Positions 35,661-48,393 of a stretch of 64,000 nucleotides of DNA are shown here, one piece after another (the stretch's first letter is position 1; each line of letters opens with the position of its first letter). Position numbers and translations under genes: made by a program. The DNA lies in the NCBI GenBank assembly GCA_964016885.1, contig OZ024741.1, forward strand, positions 125,550,001 to 125,614,000. The letters run 5' to 3'. Origin of the DNA: Eledone cirrhosa. Lineage: Eukaryota. The notes beneath the pieces were generated by a model that was given only the letters and a program-made list of their open reading frames with translations, was not told where the DNA came from and made no database searches.

Positions 35661-36696
35661 GTAGTACAGTAGCTAGAGTCAGAACTGGATGGAAAAAGTT
35701 CAGAGAGCTTATACCACTATTAGCCGCTAGAGGGTTCTCCCTAAAAATGAAAGGCAGGTTATACGATGCCTGCATACGAACAGCAATGCTGCATGGCAGT
35801 GAGACCTGGGCATTGTGTGCAGAGGATATACGCAGACTAGAGAGGAACGAAGCTTGCATGCTCCGCTGGATGTGCAATAGTAATATACGTGAATGGCAAA
35901 GCATAAACGAACTAAGGAAAAAATTAGAAATAAGAGGGATCAGATGTTGTTTACTCGAGAGAAGGCTACGTTGGTACGGTCACGTGATGCGCATGAAAGA
36001 CGACAGCTGTATAACAAAGTGCAGGGCAATAAAGATAGACGGTAGCCACGGAGTAGGCAGACCCAGAAAAACATGGGACGAGCTGATAAATTCCGACCTC
36101 ACACGCTTACACCTCTCCAAGACAATGTCACTGGACCGAGACCTTTGGTGGTACTCAGTAATAGAGAAGACCCGCCTTACCTAAATACAAAGTAAAAACC
36201 TACTACAGTCAGTAGGCATCTCTATCAAAACACACCCCCGTCCCACCACCTCCACCCCACCCACACCGCCCCTTTCAATGTAAAGTTATGTTGGTCCCAC
36301 AAGATCCAGGCCGAAATAAATGAGATCGTGTAGGTGTCACGACAAAAAACACACAGTCCACGCTGTAAATGTGGCCGTGTAGGCAACACGGTAAAAACCT
36401 CCCAGCCCCACACTGTAAATGTGGTTGGTGTTAGGAAGGGCATCCAGCTGTAGAAAACCCGCCAGACAGTCCACGCTGTAATGTGGCCGTGTAGGCAACA
36501 CGGTAAAAACCTCCCAGCCCCACACTGTAAATGTGGTTGGTGTTAGGAAGGGCATCCAACTGTAGAAAACCCGCCAGACAGTCCTATGTGAGCAAGACAA
36601 CCACTCTTGCCTCAAGTGGGAAAACCCCCGTCCAAACCCATGCAAGCGTGGAACACGGACGCTAAACCTGATGATGATGATGATGATGATGATGAT
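35661..36696 (+). mobile_element. RTE family A 3' fragment
   Basis: Nearly identical to the C-terminus of ORF 57309-58538; duplicated 3' UTR module; (GAT)n tail. Confidence 0.92.
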
Positions 36697-36715
36697 ATAT
36701 ATATATACACACACG

Positions 36716-36778
<63 letters not shown>

Positions 36779-37170
36779 CTTCGCAAGTCTGAGAAAATTA
36801 CCAAATTAGTGACAGGCACAAATAAGACCATCAAAACTGCAGTATGGTCAGATACACAGATACAATAAAAGCACTCCCTATCGAATGTCATAAAAACTGG
36901 AGATGGGCCTGCAACCTGTCCTGGGAGATATGGGATGGTTGCACAAAGGTTGCCTTCCCAAAGACACCAAAGAGGGCCCAGAAGGGAACAAACAACTAGA
37001 ATCCAACCAGATCAATTAGAGATGGTTGCTTCTGATAGGACCTTCTAGAAGGCAGGTCTGACGGCTATGCCTACATGACCCTTCTAGGAATAAATGTGGT
37101 GAGGAGGAGGAGGGGGGGGGGGGAGAAGAAGAAGAAGAAGAAGAAGAAGAAGAAGAAGAAGAAGAAGAAG

Positions 37171-37833
37171 CCATCACTCCTAATCAAGTATGACTTGGTA
37201 GTATTCACCTATGACCTTGAGAGCAAACGTCAAAGTGCCTGGTGGAAGCATATATCTTTCCCCAGGCCCAAGAAGGCAAAGATGAGCAGGTCTCAAAAGC
37301 AGGCCATGCTTATTCTTTTCCTCAACTCCCTTGGGCTAATTCACATTGAACAGGGTCCAGTGGTTCAAACCCTCAATAAGGAGTATTACCTTGAAGTTCT
37401 GAAAAAGTTCAGTGAGAGGTTCAGGAAGATGAGGCCACTGCAGTGGTGAGTAGTGGTTCCACTAGGACAATGCCCCATGCCACAAGTCAATGCTGGTGAC
37501 CATCTGGATGACCAACAGGAGAACTAAAGTGGCTCAACATCTTCCCTACTGCCTTGACCTGACTCTGTATGACTTCTTCCTGTCTCCATATATGAAAGAC
37601 AGCTTCAGGGGAATCAGATTTGTGTCAACACAAGAACTGAAGGAGGCATCATTGAATTTCCTGGTGGTACTGCAGAAAAAGGACTGGGAAGAGGTATTCC
37701 AGGAGTTGGGGAAAACTCCTACACAAGTGCGTAGATGTGACAGATAATTATTTGGAAAGACACAAAGTACTGAAAGCTTATGAAAATAAATAATGTCTCT
37801 CCTGAAATGTTCTCATTACTTATTGAACATAAC
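37171..37833 (+). mobile_element. mariner transposase remnant (catalytic domain and 3' end)
   Basis: YDLESKRQSAWW, PRPKKAK, NKEYYLEVL, DNAPCH and HLPYCLDLTLYDFFL motifs with stops. Confidence 0.85.
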
Positions 37834-38152
37834 TGATAACATTGATAGGTTTTGGCCAGTATTGGCCAAGGTAATGTCTAACTTAATTGCACTACCTGGC
37901 AAAGTCTTTCAAATCAGAATTTGGGCACCATGGCCCACTCAAGAAGAGCTGTCCGCCGGGGGGGTGGGGGGTGCCCCATCGCGTAACATTCCATATTTAG
38001 GTATCTGTGTTCTCACATGTAAACGCACATATATATGTAGCAAAATGTTATTGTTTACGGAGACATATCCGGGTATCATCATCATCATCATCGTTTAACG
38101 TCCATCTTCCACGCTAGCATGGGTTAGACAATATTAGTATATATGTATATAT

Positions 38153-38300
38153 CATTGTATTATGCAGTCTATTGTCATGGACCTATGACATTGTATTATG
38201 CAGTCTATTGTCATGGACCTATGACATTGTATTATGCAGTCTATTGTCATGGACCTATGACATTGTATTATGCAGTCTATTGTCATGGACCTATGACATT
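38153..38300. repeat. 36-bp minisatellite, 4 perfect units
   Basis: cattgtattatgcagtctattgtcatggacctatga x4. Confidence 0.95.
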
Positions 38301-38401
38301 GTCACAAATATATCACAAAGCAATTATATAGTTGGTGTGAACATAGATTTATATGCATATATATGTGTGTGTGTATATATGTGTGCATGAATATATATAT
38401 A

Positions 38402-39512
38402 TAGCTTCTCTCTTTTCCCTCTCCTTCTCATAGCAAAGTTTGAGTGCAGTTTCAATTTCAAGTATTGCCTGTTTCAGATAGAGTTCCTTCTTGTTCTTCT
38501 GTTGTGCATTTAACTGGTTTGAGAACTTAGTTCTTCCTCTCATAAGGATTTTCCCGTCTCTGGGAATAAGATTTTTGTGTCCGTTGGACTTTTTCTCCAG
38601 GATAAACTTATGGCATATAGTTTGTATTGTTGTCATGAAATATTGAAAATGTGTGTTGGTGTCTTTTGTGGTGATGTCGCTCCAGTTTTGCTTCAGGATC
38701 TCTTTCTAGATCTTTTTCCATTTAGCCTTGTGAAAGTTTAGGCTGGATAATTCCCAATGCTTTTTTAATGGTTGCATCTCTGCTGACTCTGTCACACCAT
38801 AAATCATTACTTCTACTAAGTTATGATCCTAGAAAATCGTTGGTGTCACGTTTACATTGTGGATGAACACTGCGTTTATTTGTAAATCAGAGATCCAGGA
38901 CATTCTCACCTCTTGTTGGAATGAGTACTGCTTGTCCCATGAACAGCCTGTGTGTGAGGGCCAGCAGGGACTCTGTCTGTCTATGTTCAAGTGATGTCAT
39001 TCTAGGGAGGAGGTGGCCCTCATGCCATTTGACCTTTGGTAGGTTAAAGTCTCTCATCAGCAGAATGTTGAAACCCTGGTCCAGTTTGTCAAGGAATTCT
39101 TCCATCCTTCTGAGGCTATCTTCAAACTTACCTTCATGACTAGGGGCATCGGGTGGCCAATATGTGACACATATTACCATTTTCAGTTGCTTCATATGTA
39201 CTATCAGTGTGTCACAGATTGAGTTGGAATATGTCAACAGTACAATGGGTGTGACATCTTCACGGATGTACAGGGCAACCCCCACCATGAGTTCTCCTTC
39301 CTGTCTGAACGAAATACAGTATATTTTGGTATATGTATTTCCACATCTGCTATATTGCTTATCAGGTGCGTTTCGGTTAGTGCCATGGATATGGGTTGAT
39401 TGCTTATGGTTAAGTCTCTCAGGTAGGGAATCTTATTTATGTTGGTGAGTTTCACCAGGCCTCTGACATTCAACAGCAGCACTGGTATTACATTTGGGGT
39501 CTCAGCAATGGC

Positions 39513-39516
<4 letters not shown>
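38402..39516 (-). pseudogene. Internal endonuclease and linker fragment of a CR1/Jockey-group LINE
   Basis: LLNVRGL, ALTETHL, FRSDR, GVALYI, DFNLP and PTRGENVLDL motifs, frameshifted; TA runs at both ends. Confidence 0.8.
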
Positions 39517-39573
<57 letters not shown>

Positions 39574-39583
39574 ATATGTATAT

Positions 39584-39637
<54 letters not shown>

Positions 39638-39638
<1 letters not shown>

Positions 39639-40169
39639 CAGGGACCTGCTTCCTCTGTTGACAAAAAAGGGTTTCTCCCTGCGTACGAAAGGCCGGTTAT
39701 ATGATGCCTGTGTGAGATGCGCGATGCTGCATGGTAGTGAGACATGAGCAGCAACTGCAGAGGATATGCGACAGCTGGAGAGAAATCAAGCAAGCAAGCT
39801 CCCGTTGAATGTGCAATGTCAATGTGTGTGAACAACCAAGCATAGATGAGTTGAGAGAGAAACTGTGTATAAGAGGGATAAGTTGTAGTGTGCAGGAGAG
39901 AAGACTGCGATGGTATAGACATGTGATGCGCGTGGAGGATGACTGCTGGGTAAAGAAGTGCCAAGAAATCCCAGTAGAAGGAAGACGCAGTAGAAGAAGG
40001 CCACGGAAAACATGGGCGGAAGTGGTGAGAGCAGACCTCAGATCGCTGAAGCTCACGGAGATGACAAAGGACCATGACAATTGGAAAGATGCTATGCTGA
40101 ATAGGACCAGTCACAACCTTGCAAGCAGGGAAAAGCGGACATAAAATGATGATGATGATGATGCTGATG

Positions 40170-40170
<1 letters not shown>
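39638..40170 (+). mobile_element. RTE family B 3' fragment
   Basis: [24 protein letters not shown]...[10 protein letters not shown]; very short 3' UTR and (GAT)n tail. Confidence 0.88.
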
Positions 40171-40220
<50 letters not shown>

Positions 40221-40372
40221 CATGTATGTATATATATACATGTATGTATATATATATATATATACATATATGTGTATATATATATATGTATATGCACATA
40301 TATATTTATATACATATATATATATATATATATATGTATGTATATATGTATATATATATATGTATATATATA

Positions 40373-40749
40373 ACAAATGAGATCGTGTAGGTGTCACGAC
40401 AAAAAAACACACAGTCCACGCTGTAATGTGACCATGTAGGCAACACGGTAAAAACGTCCCAGTCCCACACTGTAAATGTGGTTGGTGTTAGGAAGGGCAT
40501 CCAGCTGTAGAAAACCTGCCAGACAGTCCACGCTGTAATGTGGCCGTGTAGGCAACACGGTAAAAACCTCCCAGCCCCACACTGTAAATGTGGTTGGTGT
40601 TAGGAAGGGCATCCAACTGTAGAAAACCCGCCAGACAGTCCTATGCGAGCAAGACAACCACTCTTGCCTCAAGTGGGAAAACTCCCGTCCAAACCCATGC
40701 AAGCATGGAACACGGACGTTAAACGATGATGATGATGATGATGATGATA
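40373..40749 (+). mobile_element. RTE family A 3' UTR fragment in (TA)n
   Basis: Matches 12520-12892. Confidence 0.88.
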
Positions 40750-40754
40750 TATAC

Positions 40755-40844
<90 letters not shown>

Positions 40845-40944
40845 ATATATATATATGTATATATGTATATGTATATATGTATATATTTATATCTATATGT
40901 ATATGTGTATGCGTATATATGTATATATGTATTTGTGAATCTGA

Positions 40945-42365
40945 TTTGTGTCATCTCCTCTTTGCTTTATGCTTGTGAAACGTGGGTCACATACAGAAAG
41001 CACCTTAAGGAGCTGGAGTGATTTCACTAACAATCTCTTCGTCAGTTACTTGGAATGCAATGGAAAATGTTTGTCAGTGATTTGGAAGTTCTTCAACGAA
41101 GCAAGTGCATGACTATAGAGACCATGATCTTTCGGCATCAATTGAAGTGGTGCGGACACATGGTCCGGATGTCTGATGATCGTATTCCAAAGCAACTTCT
41201 CTACAGAGGACTGTATGAAGGAAGGTGACCACCAAACAAACCAAAAATGCGGTACTGGGACTGTGCTGGAATTTCATCTGACGAATGGGAGAAAATGGGT
41301 GAGGAGCTTGTGAAGTGGAGACGTTTGATCAAGTCAGGTAGTGAACACTTTGAAACTCGTCGAAGAGAACACCTAACACCGAAAAGGAAAGTAAGAAAAA
41401 GAGACTGTTCTGAACTTCCTGCTGTTGAGCATTATCTGGTTTGCCAGCACTCTGGTTGAGTCTGCCTGAGCAAAGCTGGTTTGATTAGACATGAACAAAG
41501 TCATATTAGTAGGCCTCATGTAGATTATGATCTGAAAAGGTGTGTAACGAAATGGGAATATTGTGATTTAGTGGATTTACGCGCTTTGAGTCTCGCGACC
41601 CGCATCGAATACCCCATTCTGTTATCTAATTTAATATACTGTTCTTTTGGAAGGCTGAGATGAATGAAGAATGCAGACAAGTCATTTAATACATAATGTT
41701 CATTTACAGATCACTGGACAAGATGTTAATTGGAGATGTGTTCTTTCAACTTATCAAATAAATACAACAAAGAGATTTATCAACAATGTAATAATTAAGC
41801 TGGTAGTTTATTTGTGCTAGGTGTGTGTTACATATATTTAAAGGTCATACCTGTGAATGTATTAATTAATTAATCCTTATGAAAGAAGAAGGAAAAGGCT
41901 TGCATGTTTATCTCCAATTCTTATGAGAAAGCTTAGAAGAGAAGCTTTGGAGAATTTGTTTATATCATATGTCGTGGTGTTACTATCAATATAGTGGGAG
42001 CGTCACATCATAGGTGTGTTGACCCAAAACTTTGATGGGAAAAGAGAAAGAAGGCGCGAAAATCAACTCTCTTATAGAAAGAACAGGTAACTCTGCACAG
42101 CTTTGTTACAGAGACAAAAGAGTTCCACTAATCACTACAGGTGTAAGGAATGTGGCAAGGAAAGTGCAAGCATGGGAGATCTTAAAAGACATGAGAACAC
42201 ACAGACAGAACAAAGCAATGGAAAGTCCTAAAAGAGCCTACAGTTGCCATGTATGTACCAGAGGGTGCAAGTCTTTGGCTGGTTTAAAGAGCCACATTCG
42301 TGTCTCACATTTGTGAGAATTTTATCGGTCGATGGCAATGCTCGAACACAAGTTTGCAACCATCA
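40945..42365 (+). mobile_element. RTE (BovB-like) 3' fragment with C-terminal C2H2 fingers, interrupted by a solo LTR
   Basis: [30 protein letters not shown] and CHVCTRGCKSLAGLKSHIR motifs. Confidence 0.82.
41543..42139. mobile_element. Solo LTR (Ty3/Gypsy-like)
   Basis: TGTA...TACA termini with a 4-bp TSD GGTG (41539-41542 and 42140-42143). Removing it restores KRCKECGK. Confidence 0.85.
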
Positions 42366-42470
42366 TATATATATGTATATATGTATATGTGTATATGTAT
42401 ATGTGTATATGTATATATATATGTATGTATATTGTATATGTATATGTACATGTACATATGGATATGCATA

Positions 42471-42545
<75 letters not shown>

Positions 42546-42649
42546 GTTTTGTATACATTGACCAATATCACCATGACATGATGCAAATATTTTAGTTTCA
42601 ACACAGATTAAACCAAGTCACTTGACAAACTAGTTCAACTCAGACAATG

Positions 42650-42690
<41 letters not shown>

Positions 42691-42957
42691 ACATATACAC
42701 AGACATACATGCCCACATAGATATATGTAAATATATATAGACATACATCATCATGATCATCATTTTATGTCCAATGTAACAGGCCAATGATTTGACATAT
42801 ATAAAGCTAACAATCTCTCACATGCTATTGAGTAAGCATTCTCTTGACTGTCAATACTAAACATATGTACAAATACATATAGTTATTACTAGTACAGATT
42901 AAAGTTTAAGCAAAGAAATTTTGCTTTCACCCTTTTGGTCTTCGTAATTATTATTAC

Positions 42958-43052
<95 letters not shown>

Positions 43053-43431
43053 CGTGCGTGTGTGTGTGTTGTTTTGAAGACAGCGAGTGAATTTTGAAAT
43101 TGAGTTCGAATTATAAGCTTTTGTCACATTTTGACTAAAGAAAATTAGCCTGATAGTGGGTTTAACAGTGCATTTACATTATTTTATATATACTATTATA
43201 TTTTCATGGTAAAGGCTTTACCTCACATAATTATCTCACATAATATCGAATCTATGAGATTTTAAAAGTATTTATCTTGAGAACAATACCTTAACATCAG
43301 TTTGAGTGACCAGTTACAGCCAGTTTCAACAGAAAGAGGTAGAGAATTCTGGTCGGTTTTGGCCGGTTTGAACATTAAAGAGTTAAAACCTTCTAAATGG
43401 AAAAAAATGACTATTGACGTATATAAATATA

Positions 43432-43943
43432 CAAGGGGCTCCAAAAGGTTTGTGGAAAAAAGAGAGTTGGAAATAATAGTTTGTTATGATGTTTATTTTC
43501 TAGGCCAATACACTTCTTCAAGTGTTAATACCAGTTTTTAAGTCCATTTAAGTGTAAAGCCATGCGATTTAAACCATGTCAAGGCAGCATTTTTTTATAT
43601 CTTCAACTAGGGATCATTTTCAACCTCATCTCTTCCACTTCTAAAACGACTTATCCATTTGTAGGTTGTTGATTCCTTTGGGGCATTGTCCCCATAAACC
43701 TGCTCCAGAGCATCAATGATTTGGCTGCTCTTCCACCCTAACTTCACTATAAATTTGATATTTTGATGGAGGCCATGTTGCCCAAGCAGGTGCTGAGTTT
43801 TGACTGCAACATGCATTTAAGGGTTCATGCTAGAGCGTGTTATGACATGTTAGTACAAGAAGATACAGGTGCATTGAGATCAAAATCGCTGCATATGATT
43901 TTTAGATACATACTTTTTCCATGAACTTTTTGAAGCCCCCTCG
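43432..43943 (-). mobile_element. Internally deleted mariner element (irritans/Hsmar2-like TIRs)
   Basis: TA-flanked TIRs caaggggctccaaaaggtttgtggaaaa / ttttccatgaactttttgaagccccctcg; HTH remnant IKFIVKLG...VYGDNAPKESTTYKWISRFRSGR. Confidence 0.88.
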
Positions 43944-44589
43944 TAGATAGATATATATGTAGTTCAAGGAAACGACAAAACAGAGGTACAAAGGTCTAGA
44001 GAGAGAGTTAGTTCCACAACAAATTAGCAAACTATACTCAAGGTGGTAAAAAATATATATAGAGAGAGTGTGAAGATGCTGAGGGAAAGTGATAGGGCAA
44101 AAGTTATATTAATTCTCTGCCTCAGTTTTTAACTACTTCAGTTGGGTGAGGTAAGTTTGCCTTTTTGCTTGAGGCAACATAGCATTTGGATGGGAGTTAC
44201 ATATGGTGCTATAAAGCAAATATTAATTTTGTGTTCTATTTTATGCAGTTTAGTTTCTAATTTAAATTGAATTGTTAGGTATAATTATATATTCTTTAGT
44301 TGTATCCTGGATTCTAATGTATATTTGGCAGTGTTTTATGAATTTGAATGTTGGATGGGGTCTGCTATTATGAATAAACTTTATAATTTTTAGTTTTATT
44401 TTCATGGTTAGGAGCTACAAATAATGCCAAGATCTAGGTATAAATTGTGTATGTTTCATTTAAGTGTATTTATGCACAATTTACTTTCCAATTCTAAGTT
44501 AATTGTTAAGTCTAATTTAAAATGTTTATGTTGTATTGTATGGATAATGAAGTCATGAATCTTGGGTAATGATTAAAAGAATACAATCA

Positions 44590-44867
44590 TGAACACAAGG
44601 GTCTTTGGAATAACGTTACTCAATAGAGTGCATAGCTCAGTAATCAGAGTCGCTCCATGTAGATCTGTTATTTCTCCAAAGTGTGAGACCATAGCTCCAA
44701 TATTACGAGCATGTGGTTTGAATGTCTCAGGAAAGAATTGCAGGACAGATTTTACAGGCAAAACTAATAGGCAGGAAATCCAGGGGTAGACACTGAGCAA
44801 AATGGTTGAATAATATCCATGAGCTTGGTTTGTCTCACTTAGGGATTCAGCTAGAGCAATTGGAGAT
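44590..44867 (+). pseudogene. Old LINE (RTE-type) C-terminal remnant
   Basis: LQYYEHVV*MSQERIAGQILQAKLIGRKSRGR. Confidence 0.55.
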
Positions 44868-44872
44868 GGTTG

Positions 44873-44910
<38 letters not shown>

Positions 44911-45033
44911 GGTGGTGGTGGTGGTGGTGGTGGTGGTGGTGGTGGTGGTGGTGGTGGTGGTGGTGGTGGTGGTGGTGGTGGTGGTGGTGGTGGTAGGAGG
45001 AGGAGGAGGAGGAGGAGGAGGAGGAGGTGGTAG
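44868..45033. repeat. Compound (TAG)n(TGG)n(AGG)n microsatellite
   Basis: Seen directly. Confidence 0.95.
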
Positions 45034-45764
45034 TGTTTTGGGCATTGTTTTCTAGATTCTAGTGATGAATGAGAATATCATCACATTTTGGTTTAATTTA
45101 AGTTGAGAGCTAAGTTTGAATTCAATGATTAATTCTCAATTGTGTTTTCTTTACTAATTTATGAAGTGATTGATTAGTTTAGGTTTTGATTAATTTTTGT
45201 TTTAAATTTGCATGATAGCAACACAAGTCAATTTATCTGAATTAGCCCAATCAACAGATGAAACAGATTTATTGTTTGAGAGTGGCAATTAATTAATCAT
45301 TGGATTTTGAAAGCATTGAGGGATTATGAGCAGACAACATAGAACTGTAAATCTGGTACAGATAACAATAAAAACCCTGAAAAAAACCTATTCTGCTAAT
45401 GGAATCTTTGTATAGAGAAAATGGGTGCCACAAAAAGGAATATTTACTATGTGATAAGTGTATATCTCTTGTAAAGTATTCCATTGTGTGTTAGTTTATT
45501 CTCAGGACCTCTCTCTAAGTTCATCTAGTTAACTGTCATAAACCTGAAAACAGGAATTTCAAGGAATGCTACCTTTTTAACATATTTTTATAGAACATAA
45601 TATGATGACAGCAAGTAACTCTCCCAGAAAGGCCTGGGAAATTTATGTCTTGTCTGTGGAGTACTAACAATAGTATCCAGAACACCAGTTCTGTTAACCT
45701 TTGTGATTGATAAAAGGATTAACAATAGAATTCACTATCAAACAGAAAGAATTACCAACGTCAA

Positions 45765-45930
45765 TGTGACAATTGAACTAATGACATGATCATCTAAACT
45801 GGTGATATGATCATCTAAACTGGTGACATTATCAGCTGAACTGGTGATATGATCAACTGAGCTAATGATTTGATCAACTGAACTAGTAACATGACCAACT
45901 TATCTAGAGATATGATCAACTGATCTAGCA
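45765..45930. repeat. Diverged ~21-bp minisatellite (tgatcatctaaactggtgata)
   Basis: About 7-8 imperfect units. Confidence 0.75.
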
Positions 45931-46264
45931 ATTCCCTACCTCTGGTCTATCCAGAAGCAGTACTGGGTATCTGTGGGTAAAATTTCAAATTTCAAATATT
46001 TTGTTAAAAACATAATATACGCACACTATTGGGTATCCATTCTTCTTTAAGTATCTTCTCTTTCAATTGCTATTTTCACTGTATAATAATGTCAAGTACT
46101 TGGTTTGAAACATAATATACACATTAAATATAACATTTTTCACTTTCAATTGTTATTCCCAATATTAATAATTTCAAATACTGAGACTAGACAGGTCAGA
46201 TAACCATGCCTTGCTCATACATTTCCTTTTGGTATGGTTTCCATGCCCTTCTTAATGCTAATCA

Positions 46265-46590
46265 CCTTATAAAGTGTACTGGGTGCATTTTATTGTGACA
46301 CCAGCACTATTTTACAAATTGCATTGGGTGCATTTTAGAATGACACCAGCACCACTATTTTACAAATTGTACTGTGTGTATTACACCATGACAACAGCAC
46401 TACCATTTACAGAGTGTATTGGGTGTACTTTATTGTGGCACCAAGACTACCGTTTATAGAGTGTATTGGGTGTCTTTTATTGTGGCACCAGCACTACCAT
46501 TTACAGAGTGTCTTGGGTGTACTTTATTGTGGCACCAGCACTACCATTTACAGATTGTATTGGGTGTACTTTATTGCGGCACTAGCACTA
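46265..46590. repeat. ~47-bp minisatellite derived from the SINE/RTE 3' UTR module
   Basis: ttacagagtgtattgggtgtactttattgtggcaccagcactaccat, about 7 units, preceded by atgcccttcttaatgc. Confidence 0.8.
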
Positions 46591-47179
46591 AGGCCATTAA
46601 TGTGTCCTCAGCTAGGCAGAGAGAGGCAGTAATGGGAGAAGGGAGTACATGATGGAAGTAGCACTGTGAAGTGAGGAGCAATGGTAGCTACATGTTTGTT
46701 GGTGAAGGAGTCATCACTTAGAGCAGGAAAGAAAGAGGTTGAAAACATGTGTTGGGTAGTGGTAATGGACTTGTAGAAAGAGAGTGATGACTGGCAGCTC
46801 TAAGTGAGAAAAGGGTGTTGATTCATAGGAGTGATGGATATATACATGACTAAGGCACCCCTCTTTATGTGGACAGAATTTTGCAGTGAATATGAGGTGA
46901 AAATCTTTTCATCATAATTTTATGTAAGTACCTTTCAGTTAAGCTTCAAACACCATTTTGACAACAACCCAACCAAAACCACTCATTTTAAAAGGTTTCT
47001 ATTTTTAATTAAAATCTTCCAACATAATTTTAGAAGAAACCCATATATTAAGCTACTACTATCTTAGTAATAAAACTTTAATAAACACCTCAACATTCTT
47101 CATTAATTAATTGAAATAGAGTGTATTTCATTAGAAATAGTCACAAAAGGGTTAATAATGTAAAAGTTAGTTACATTAT

Positions 47180-47408
47180 TCAAATTTGGAGGGATTTAAT
47201 AATTGTTTCTACTTTTGGCACAAGGCCAGCAATTACCCCAGTGCATTACTGGTACTTTATTTTATCGACCCCGTAAGGATGAATGTTTAACTTTGCCTTT
47301 CATCCTTTCAAGGGTTGATAAAATAAAGTACCAGTAAAGTAATGCACTGGGGTAATTGCTGGCCTTGTGCCAAAAGTAGAAACAATTATTAAATCCCTCC
47401 AAATTTGA
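47180..47408. mobile_element. Palindrome made of two inverted SINE 3' halves plus shared flank
   Basis: tcaaatttggagggatttaataattgtttctac... is mirrored by ...gtagaaacaattattaaatccctccaaatttga. Confidence 0.9.
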
Positions 47409-47892
47409 GTATTTTCAAAAATTATTTGAAAATCATAGGCAATATCTTTCATAAGAAATATGGTAAATATAGTAAACAAGAACTACCAATACTGGTAATA
47501 AGATATAAATCACCAATATGTAGGTTAATCATTCCATAACATATAATTGTCCCATAGTTTAACATAATTCTCCCATAACACATGGTAATTACACCATTAA
47601 CCACCTCACTCTTAGAACAACATAAAATATATATTACATTTATGAACTGAGTCAAATAATTTTTTTTTAAAACAATCTTCAATACCTGTCTGAACTACTT
47701 TTTTTTTGGGGGGGGGGGGGCTATATTTCTAGTGAAATCCATGGTGTTGGTAAACATTTATGAAATATTCACTAGTAAAATGTAAAGTTTTTTAAATTGG
47801 TATACCCTTGGAAGATAATTGAATACTTAGGAATAAGTCATTGTAAGGGATGAGGCAAGAAAAAAAGGGACTTTTTTCATCCTTAGTCCATA

Positions 47893-48393
47893 GTTTCCCC
47901 ACTAACCACTATACCCAATCCTTTGTCCAGATGTCCAGTATTTTAGAAACTTCTCTCCCAGTTCCCCAATAACCACAACACCCAGTCCTTTGTCGAGATG
48001 TCCAGAATGTTCAAAACACCTCTCCAGATTTCCTCACTAACCACTACACCCAGTCCTTTGTCAAGATGTCCAGTATTTTAGAAACTTTTCTCCCAGTTCC
48101 CCAATAACCACTACACCCAGTCCTTTGTCAAGATGTCCAGTATTTTAGAAACTTTTCTCCCAGTTCCCCAATAACCACTACACCCAGTCCTTTGTCAAGA
48201 TGTCCAGTATTTTAGAAACTTTTCTCCCAGTTCCCCAATAACCACTACACCCAGTCCTTTGTCAAGATGTCCAGAATGTTCAAAACACCTCTCCCAGTTT
48301 CCCCACTAACCACTACACCCAGTCCTTTGTTGAGACATCCAGAATTATCAAAACACCTCTCCCAGTTTCCACACTAACCACTACACCCAGTCT
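47893..48393. repeat. 67-bp minisatellite, ~7.5 units, two unit types
   Basis: taaccactacacccagtcctttgtcaagatgtccag... recurring at 67-bp spacing. Confidence 0.92.

Noticed and set aside
38153-38300. 36-bp repeats as a CRISPR array
   Set aside because: Units are directly adjacent with no spacers, there are no cas genes, and the context is eukaryotic.
45260-45552. Minus-strand terminal exon (ttttcag|GTTTATGACAGTTAA...AATAAA)
   Set aside because: Only about four codons, and such signals are common by chance in AT-rich DNA. No upstream exon was identified.
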